Positions 54,526 to 64,000 of a DNA stretch of 64,000 nucleotides are shown here, piece after piece. The first letter of the stretch is position 1, and each line of letters opens with the position of its first letter. Location: NCBI RefSeq assembly GCF_009914755.1, contig NC_060937.1; one strand, written 5' to 3'. Origin of the DNA: the human T2T-CHM13v2.0 reference genome, Homo sapiens. Under the pieces are notes generated by a model. It had not been told where the DNA came from and did no database searches. It worked only from the letters and a program-made list of their open reading frames with translations. A program made the translations under genes and the position numbers.

Positions 54526-57500
54526 AGAAGAGCTGGATATTCAAACCCAGGTCAGTTTCACTCCAGTGCTCCTGTTCATAACCATTTTTGCACACTACTT
54601 TTAGTAGATATATCAAACTAAATAAAATACATTAAATACAGATATTCTCAGATCTAAGGAAGTATGTACCATCTGGTATGATATGGGTGTTGCCTTGTTA
54701 CAATTTCCATTTATAAACTCATCCAATTAATTACATGACAAGTTGAAGAAATGGAACTAGCCAGCTGTCTCATAAATGTGCTTCTTTCTTGGCATTGATA
54801 TTCAAAACTAAAATATACCTGTCCTACCTCTATCGCTGAGAGGTTTCTAAAAAGTAATTTGTGTTTAGTTTTTTTCATTATGGAGCTTTTACTTCTTCAA
54901 TACTATATTAGATAACTTAACATTTTTCATATTGTTAAATAGCAAATACTATTACATAAATTATTAATTAAACTAATTTTGTGCTTCAGAAAGAGATACA
55001 GGCGAGCTTTCCTTTATGCATTTTTAAAAGTACATGTGTTGTAATTTTGCCAAAATACTGATATATTGAATATACAGAAATATGTCAAATGTAACTAGGT
55101 TGCTGTAACATATGCTTTCATAAAATGATTTTTACATATTATTTTTTCAGACAGCACAATACTTCTTTTAGTTAATTAATGTATGCTCACTCAGTTTAAT
55201 TAAAGGACAACTGAAAGCAGGTTGGGGCAGGGGAAGAGATTATTGTTTATTTGTCAGTAAAACTGCATACATATGGAGATACTTATTAAATAGCCATTAA
55301 GTAATGTGCTTCTCAAATTAATATAGGCCATGATGTCTTACTGTTAGCAATCTCTGGTTTTAATTCAGTAATGTACTTTCCTTTGTCATTATTGACCTTA
55401 AGACCCACTACTTGGGTTCAGAGTCAGTGACTATATTTGAAAAAGCAGCTAGAAAATAATGCCTTCTCATTGTAGTGATGCAATTTACCCAGAAGGAAAT
55501 ACACTTATTACTTTCCAAAGATGATCACAATAAAATCTGGAATCTGTACAATATGTATAAAAAAACTGTTGAATACAAGGACACCTCTTCCATTTAGAAA
55601 TAAATGGGGTTCCCAAAGGCAGTTCATCTATTTCACTGGTTGCTAAATCACATACAACTATGAGGAGTTTAGGCACATCGTCACATATGCTTTTCTTTAA
55701 GCATGCCAGTCAATCCTTCAAAATACGTAAACCAAGGTTATTCTTTCTTTGCTTCCATTAAGCATCTTCATTCAATATAGAATTTTGACCAGATTGTTCT
55801 ATATTGAAAATCTTTTGATGGCACAAACTCTGTTTATTTCCCCAATGATATTACAACTTTGTAGATCTGTCATCATCCACGTTGTCCTTTCAAGATCTGA
55901 AAGACCCTTGCATAAAGTGAAATGATAGTTTTTATGTGAAAAGAAAAACAAAACAAACAAAAACATCATCCAGCACTTTTACTACGCACAATATGTGAGT
56001 TTTCAGCAAAATATGAGCCTTGTCTGAAATTAATTTGACATAGACAAACATCTAGAATTGACTCTATTTTTCTAGCAAAGACTTGGAAGTTTTTCTACTT
56101 CATTAGTTGCATTCCCTCTTCTTTTTGCTGATTATTAATAATTCCAACAGTAGACAAAATTTACATTATTTCATATTTTGCCTTTTGGAATTTCTTGCAC
56201 TTTGGATTAATTTATACTCTATAGATACCAGTCTCTATAATTAATTTGTGTATTGCTCTTAACTTTTTTATGTTCATTTCCAATGTAACTCACATTTTTG
56301 TGGAGTAATGTCAACAAACATCAGTCTACACATTTGGGTGTAAATTAAGTTTAATTTGGTATACACTGATTTAGGAAATTAGATTTGCCAGAAACAATAT
56401 TCAAGAAAATTTATTTGGAGAAAAACTTGTACAATATGTCATATTGTAGTATAGATTTTGATTATGTTCCAATATATCTAAGATAGACAATTATACATCA
56501 AGCAATAAAAGGTCTGTTTGCTGTTTTGCATACAAAACAAATGGCTTATCCAGTTCTCACTGGTTTGACTGATAACGAGGTTTCAAGCATTGCCAATCAT
56601 ATCATATGACTGAAATGTCAGGGTATGAAGGAAAAGATGTAAAGTTCTAAAATGTTATTTGTCTTTTTTCTTGTTGCTCTAATAACAATATACAAAAAAA
56701 AAAACCATTTAAATATTTGGGAAAACAAAATTCCCCAAATAAATAGAAAGTGTATATTATTCATAGATTTATCTATATTAAATGCTGTTTTCATATTCCT
56801 AGACTTATTAAGAAGCAAATTTTACTGATGTTGCCGAAATTATGTTAAAGCCACTAATTGAATAATGTATTTTCCTATTTGAGTAATAATACTGTGGAGA
56901 AGTTTTGACGCATTTCCCGTGAGTCCCATTTTTTTCGTGCTAGCTATTTAGGCCTATACTACTTAGTGCAATAAATCACCTTCTACTAGAATAAAATCAT
57001 TCTGATTACATTTGCTGATACATCGTTTAAAATAGCATTTTAATGGATAAGAATGGATAAATAATGAAATATGCATTATATTTGATGCTGAGGAAACAAC
57101 CTTAAAGAGGTCTCATCATGTTATGACTATAGTGTGCGTGTGACTTCATCACTAACAGAGTATAAGAAATCACAAAGCAAACATACCATCTATTTCATAT
57201 AGAAAAGGTCACAGCTGAGCATTGATCAAATTACTCCTTAGAGATTTACCAGTGATAACTTTGTCTCTAATGCTTTAATATGAAAAATGAAAGAGGCTTC
57301 TCTATCTCTCCTCTGTCTTTGCAATTTACGCTTTGCAATTGCAGTCTCATTCTTAACAGTATCTGTTTCACTTGGAAAGCTGTCCATTACAGTCCTCCTA
57401 AGGGTGTGTAAGTGAAGCTCCCACTATCAAAACCCTCTGCTAAAGGGAATTCTTTTCCTTTGCAATATGTTCAACCTTTGCCTTTCAGAATATGCTCAAT

Positions 57501-58365
57501 TCCCCTCACAGAACAATTTTTTTAGAACTGCATTTTGTGTTAAATTGAATACTGTTTATGTTTAACATTGATGTATCTAGTACAATGCCACAAATGGCGG
57601 CATCTGAAGATAGAGCCCCTGGTTAAGTACAGTTATGCCTGGAAACCATCACTCTTAATGATGTTCCAACATTTGCAAGTCATATTAAGGCTTTATTTGG
57701 GAGGTGCATTCACACACGTATGTTGGTTTATGGGCTTGGGACAGGTTGCTATCTGCCTCCCAGTTTCAGGCCTCTCCTTCTTCATGTGATAGGTCTAGAT
57801 ACCACCTGTGTACCTGGAAACTTGCAATTATATTTGTGGTTTTTGGCTCCTTTATAAGGGGACAGGCCTTGAGAATGTTCTGGCCAATGGCATGAAAATG
57901 AAAATGGTGTACCCACTTTCAGATGTGTTCTTAAGTGGGAGTCGGGGAGGGGAGGTGCTGTCCTGCTTTAAGTCTTTTATTCTCCCTTTCTCTTCTTTGG
58001 AAATTTGGTTTTATATTATTAATATGAATTCACCTTTTTGACATTTCTTAATCTAGCCTTAAGCATGAGGTTCTATTTTATGCATGCACATCTTCTCAGT
58101 TCATGCAACGAAGTATTAATTTATATAGGACTAAGAATTTACTATTTATCTGAGATGGCTGAGACACTGCCTGCCTTATTAGCAAAGAAATAAGAATGAT
58201 CTTGAGTGATCCCTCTCCTTCACCTAACTTTCTAAAAACCCTGAGTCCTCATGCCATCAAATAGAAGAGAATGGTAAAGTAGATTATGGGTTTCCCCCAC
58301 CCAGGTGCACATGTGGCTGGGGTTGAACCAGGCCCCTGCGGTTCTGATGGCTCTTGCCTTGCAAC

Positions 58366-58897
58366 TTTTTTTTTTTTTTTTTTTTTTTTTTAAGACAGGG
58401 ATGCCCTCTCTCACCACTCCTATTCAACATAGTGTTGGAAGTTCTGGCCAGGGCAATCAGTCAGGAGAAGGAAATAAAGGTTATTCAATTAGGAAAAGAG
58501 GAAGCCAAATTGTCCCTGTTTGCAGATGACATGTTTGTATATCTAGAAAACCCCATCGTCTCAGCCCAAAATCTCCTTAAGCAGATAGGCGACTTCAGCA
58601 AAGTCTCAGGATACAAAATCAGTGTGCAAAAATCACAAGCATTCTTATGCACCGATAACAGACAAACAGCCAAATCATGAGTGAACTCCCATTCACAATT
58701 GCTTCAAAGAGAATAAAATACCTAGGAATCCAACTTCCAAGGGACGTGAAGGACCTCTTCAAGGAGAACTACAAACCATGGCTCAATGAAATAAAAGAGG
58801 ATACAAACAAATGGAAGAACATTTCATGCTCATGGGTAGGAAGAATCAATATCATGAAAATGGCCATACTGCCCAAGGTAATTTATAGATTCAATGC
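58366..58897. mobile_element. Young L1PA insertion: minus-strand poly(A) fused to an inverted ORF2 RT fragment
   Basis: T26, then sense ORF2 [16 protein letters not shown]...FADD...VIYRFNA with a 4-bp frameshifting deletion; TSD tgc[c/t]ttgcaactttt. Confidence 0.93.
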
Positions 58898-59414
58898 TTT
58901 GCAACTTTTGCTGTGATTCCTGGATGAGTAAAATCCTGATTCCTCAGGGAAGTCTCCTTTAGGACAACCTCTTCTGAAGTGGATTTGAAAATCAGACCTC
59001 TTGGTCCTTCACTGCCCTGGTTCAATGACCCTCCTCAATCTTTCAGGGGACCAAGCCACTGAGGTTTACTGAGTCATTGCTGGTCCCAGGGATTTGTTTC
59101 TTGCACACCTAGAAGCATAATCCTCTTCCCTCCTCTTTGAGCAGCACCAGACGTCTAGAAGTTAACATCTCCTTTGAATCCTCAAACCACTAAGAGCTTA
59201 TTACCCTCTTCCTCTAAAAATCCCTCTAGCTTGCTCACCACCCTGTGAGAGGATATTCTTACAAGCTATGTGGAGCCTACATTTCTGAGGGAGAAACTCT
59301 GCAGTGACTTACCTTCTAAGAGCAATTTATTAGGTGCTTCCAAAGTGCGCGAATGTGTGCGTGGAGTGGTTGAGCAGGAGTTATTGAGCTATTCTCGGAG
59401 TTTCCATGGTGGTT

Positions 59415-59470
59415 GTATTAGGCAGGGTTTTCCAGGGAAACAGAATCAATAGTATGGATATATAAAAATA
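59415..59470 (-). mobile_element. MLT2 LTR terminus, truncated into AT-rich sequence
   Basis: tgtattaggcagggttttccagggaaacagaatcaatag. Confidence 0.7.
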
Positions 59471-59666
59471 AATATGGTATTTATAGAGGTAAATAATAAT
59501 AATCTCTACAAATCAATATAAATGTAAAATAAATTAAATATCTTTATTAATAAATATAAACGTAATGTATTAATTCTAATATAAATATAAACTATAAATA
59601 TAAAAATAGCATATTTATTTTCTATTTATATTTTATATATAAGTATAAAATATTATATATTAACTA

Positions 59667-60586
59667 ATATTATATATTAGACAATGGTACCAGGAAAACC
59701 CAATAAGCTGCCTCAAAACAAATGTCTCAGCTTCTTTAGACATTGCCGGGGAAAGCACAATGGAAATATAAAATATTAATGTTTTATATTTAAAATACAA
59801 GCATAAAATAATATGATACAATAACTACTTTATAGTGATATTATATTTTAAAATATATAATGAGATATATATTTATTTTACTTGCACATACCAATCCTTT
59901 TAAAGACTCAGAGTTTTACAGAAAACTGTTATCCTGAATAAATATCTGGAGGAATGAAGGAGAGATTTTGTTTGTTGATTTGTGTGTTTGCTTATTGTGT
60001 TGTTTATCTTTGTTATAAGAAACAGGAATTTCCCACACATTTGATCTTATTGCCATGATTTTTCACAGTATTTTATGTTATTCTTGTGTTCTGTAGTATT
60101 ATTGGTATCTTGAGTTGAATCCCAGCTGATAGTGATGCTGCTTTGCCTCCATTCACCTTTTCCACCTAATTGTACTTTCCCCAGGAATTTCTTTTTTTTT
60201 TTTCTTTTTTTTTTTTTTGAGATGGGAGTCTTGCTCTGTCACCAGGCTGGAGTGCAATGGTGCAACCTCAGCTCACTGCAATCCTTCGCCTCCCAGGTTC
60301 AAACAATTTGTCTGCCTCAGCCTCCCAAGTAGCTGGGACTACAGGAGCATGCCACCACGTGCAGCTTATTTTTATATTTTTGATAGAGATGGGGTTTCAT
60401 CATGTTGGTCAGGATGGTCTTGATCTCTTGACCTCATGATCCGCCCATGTTGGCCTCCCAAAGTACTGGGATTACAGCCATGCATCACCGCACCCGGCCT
60501 ACCCCAGGAATTTCTAAATAAGCAGAGACATTTGTTTTGAGGCAGCTTATTGAGTTTTCCTGGTGCTGTTGTCTAACATATAATAT
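59667..60586. repeat. 95-bp inverted duplication with the right arm split by an Alu
   Basis: 59667-59761 versus the reverse complement of 60169-60192 + 60516-60586: 84/95 identical, ungapped. Confidence 0.9.
60193..60499 (-). mobile_element. Alu (AluS)
   Basis: T-tail plus Alu body; TSD ccccaggaatttct (60179-60192, 60502-60515). Confidence 0.95.
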
Positions 60587-61034
60587 CACCTCCAATTTAT
60601 TTATAAGAACATCTTATGACAACTTCCCATTCTTATTTTTGACATTTTGTAATGTATATTTTCTAATGTAATTGGCAAATTGTAATTTTGATGACATTTT
60701 ATTTTCTGAGCACTGTAATATTTTACTTTTGTTTTGTTTATGACAGATTTATTAAGCTTTAGTTAAAAAAAATCCCTCAAGAAATTATGATGTCCTAGAG
60801 GTAAAGTTAATTACTTTAATATCCAAACTCTAACTGGAGCTTGATGTGGAGTGTCGGGGTGGAGTTTATAAAACAAGAACAACTTCAGTTTTACTCAAAG
60901 GAATGGAGAACGTTTTCCAAAGAAAACAAGAACTGCATAATAAAGCCATTATTTTATGCCCCAGGAATAGCAACATTTTCACACACACACACAAAGCATG
61001 TTTTCATGTAATTATCTAAAAAATTTAAGATCAT

Positions 61035-61469
61035 TATTATGGGTTAAATTGTGGTTCCACAAAAGATGTTAGTATCGTAACCCCCAGTACCTCTGATGGG
61101 ATCTTATTTGGAACTAGGTTTTTTGCTCATAATCAGATAATATGAGGTCACTAGAGTGGCCCTAATCCAATAGAACCCACGTCCTTATAAAAGGAGAAAT
61201 TTAGACAGGCAGAAAGAATGCCATGAGGAGATCAAGGCAGAGATTTAAGTGATGCGTCTTCAAGCCACAAACACCAAAGATGCCCAGTGACCCCCAGAAG
61301 TCAGGAGAGAGACATGGAAGAGATTTTCCTTCAGGTCCAAGGAAGGAACCAGCCCTGCAGAAGCCCGGACCTTGAACTTCTGGTCTCCAGAACTATGAGA
61401 CAATAAATTTCTGTTGTTTAAGCCACCAATTTGTTGCACCCTGTCATGGCAGCCCTATAAACTAATACA
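61035..61469 (+). mobile_element. MLT1 (MLT1B-like) solo LTR
   Basis: tattatgggttaaattgtgg...cccccagtacctc...aataaatttctgttgtttaagccacc...actaataca; TSD atcat/ataat. Confidence 0.88.
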
Positions 61470-64000
61470 ATAATAACATATTTGTTCTCTACATTTGAAT
61501 TATGAAAGTTCCTTCACTATCTGCTGCTGTCTCTTAGTAACTAAATCTTTGATCAAATGTGGGCACTTCACAATATAGTTGTTTTCTGTACAAGATATCT
61601 GCATCCTCTTTAATTAATAAATATTGTGCATATATACCGCCTACTTTTCGAAGATTTCACCACTTTTCAAGTGGATGAAGGCTGAAGATAAATTAATGTG
61701 ATGAAAAGAAAATAACAAGCATGTTATTAATACTTTTAAAATCTATTAGATACTGGAGTCTCAAAATTAGTATTATTTTAGTAGCCCAGGTTTTAAGCTT
61801 TGGTAGAATAATAAAGAAAATATTTTATTTCCATATGCCCTTAGGTGTATTTCATATAGTATATTTTATATAATTATGTTTTACAAGTTTATTATAGGTA
61901 CAGTATTTTAAAGCAATTCAAACACAAGATGCAAACATATTCTCCTGATAACCGCAAATTATAATTTTATTATAATTTTGCATTACTGTATATGGTTATT
62001 AAATATTAAATGATCAATTAAAGAATATGTTAAATACAAATCAAGATATAAGCCAGGAAATCTATTCTGAAGAATTAATTTATCAATGAATAGTGCACCT
62101 ATGCATTTTGAAATGCATAGAAATTAGCTAATTAGCTATTCCCTAACCACTTGCATTAACATGAGTTCGATGATTAACAAACCACTTTGTGTCAGTGCTT
62201 TTAGCCTGTACTATTTTAGTCTTCCAAATACATTTGCTAAGTCTAAAACTAAAGTATATTACTAAAGTAACATTAGAGAAGAAAAGGGTTTAAATATCCT
62301 TTTTCTAATATTTTAAAAATATTTAATCAAACTGGCTCAATATCTCTATGTACTGCCAACTCTTAACTGCATATAACTGTCAAGAAAGATAAGATTACAT
62401 ATCAGATATTGTTGTACTTCTGCCCTGCCTGGTGGTGAGATCTTATCAGGGTGAAGTTCTTCAATTTCTCTCTCTCTTTTCCTCTCTTCTTACTGTAAGA
62501 GGGAAATGCATTACAAGGTCTTTAGGCCATAAGCAATGTTTTATCAAAAAATTAAAATATAAAAAAGGAGAAAAATCGTTTCTAGGGATTCTTTTTTTCA
62601 GGTTCATCAAACGTCATATCTTTTCTTTAAAACCAAAGCAAAGTAGCCTGAATAATGCATGCTTAAAGACTTTGAGAAGATAGTTTTGTGGTTTTTCAAG
62701 GTTGCTGTATATCAAGGATACCCAGTTGAAAGCTCAGCTTTCAGCATAAGCATATTACATCTCATTGTGGACTAAGCAGAATCAGGTGGTACCCCCATCT
62801 CACACCTTCACATTATGAAAGTACATCTGGCAATTTATGTTAAATAACTCATTCATTCTGGATCCTTTAGAGGGGTGAGAAGACTTGAAATCAGAGTCAC
62901 ATCAAAGTGTTTGCTGAAGAAACACAATGGTACAATCTTTTAGTTTAAATTTTTTATTTTATCAATAGAATCCAGTATCACGAAGAAGTCTAGAGATGTG
63001 GATTTTAAGTATACAAATCCATGCTTCTAAACGCATCCATTTCTTAATTGACAGGAATCAACTTTTTTTGGTTTATTGTGGTGGGGGCTGGGGTACAGTA
63101 TGATGCTGAAAAAAAGAAGTAGCTTTTATGTCAGGTTAAAAAGCTTGGAGTTAATCATATGAATCCTGAAAAACCATTAAAATGATTTAAGTGGAGGAAG
63201 CACTGATCAGATTTGGGTGTCAAATCCTTCTGGTGGCATCATAAAGGATGGATTTAATTTGGGTAAAAGAATGAGGCAGGATACCCTGAATAAAATGATT
63301 AAGAATAAATTTCCAAAATTATACCTACATATTATAGTATTAATAATATATCACCCTGGATTCAGACATTTTCAAGTTCCACATGTTGCGTTTTAAAACT
63401 TTCTTTATTCCTACTTTCTGAAGGTGTTCCTCCTTCTCTATTCCTGTTGATCTCATACATTTTGTGGGATGTTGTAACTAAAAAAAAAAAATCAATTGTG
63501 TCCTAGGTTTCTCCCTCTACTCCACGTCTTGCTTCCAATAAAATTCAGATATCTTGTCCATTCCCTCTCTTCAATCCATATGCATTTCCTATTCTTATAC
63601 TATTATTCTGTTCTTCTTGGTCTATTGTAATCAAGTCCAAATGTGTAAACCTGTTCCAATCACCTCCAGCTGCTTCAGCTGCTTTCATTCCTGACATTGT
63701 TGCTAAGAATCCACTTTTCTCTCCGTTAACTCACATTTAATTATCTCGTTTCCCTGCATGAAAACTTTGAGACTGTCCTATAAGGTCCATTCTCCATCTG
63801 TCAACAGCATCCTTTCCAGTGGATGCAGTGATTGTGCAATCTGTCTAATTAAATCACACCTCGGCCACTCCCTGAGCATATTGTGATGCTTCTCATGTCA
63901 CCATGCCTTCAACACACATTTTCTTGTAGTTGGCTTACACATTCCTTCCTCTTCGACCTTGTAAAATGATCCTACACAAGGAAACTCAAAAGTCATCTTC

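Noticed and set aside
58354-58916. Functional reverse transcriptase gene (retron/DGR-like)
   Set aside because: It is a ~500-bp frameshifted L1 ORF2 fragment with no promoter or genuine start
58910-59410. GC-richer block flanking the L1, considered as an exon
   Set aside because: No convincing ORF or splice-site pair; more likely an old LTR-type relic I cannot name

Overview
AT-rich, repeat-dense primate (most likely human) non-coding DNA, either intergenic or deep intronic. I find no credible protein-coding exon, RNA gene, CpG island or CRISPR array. The ORF track is essentially all chance or repeat-derived, apart from fossil L1 ORF2 and ERVL gag/pol fragments. Recognisable content: 10 Alus plus one Alu monomer, MaLR/ERVL LTRs (THE1 x2, MST, MLT1, MLT2), a decayed ERVL provirus remnant, old L1/L2/MIR and DNA-transposon relics, microsatellites and a 20 x 56-bp minisatellite. 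The strongest candidate for something undescribed is that minisatellite: a perfect AP-1 site (TGACTCA) sits only at its 19 unit junctions, so copy number could tune enhancer strength. Other notable structures are a local duplication in which a palindromic AT-rich repeat was born, a 5'-inverted L1 reduced to poly(A) plus an inverted RT segment, an inverted duplication split by an Alu, and tail-to-tail THE1 LTRs. None of these is evidence of a new biological system without functional data. Repeat subfamily names are from recalled consensus sequences and need RepeatMasker/Dfam confirmation.
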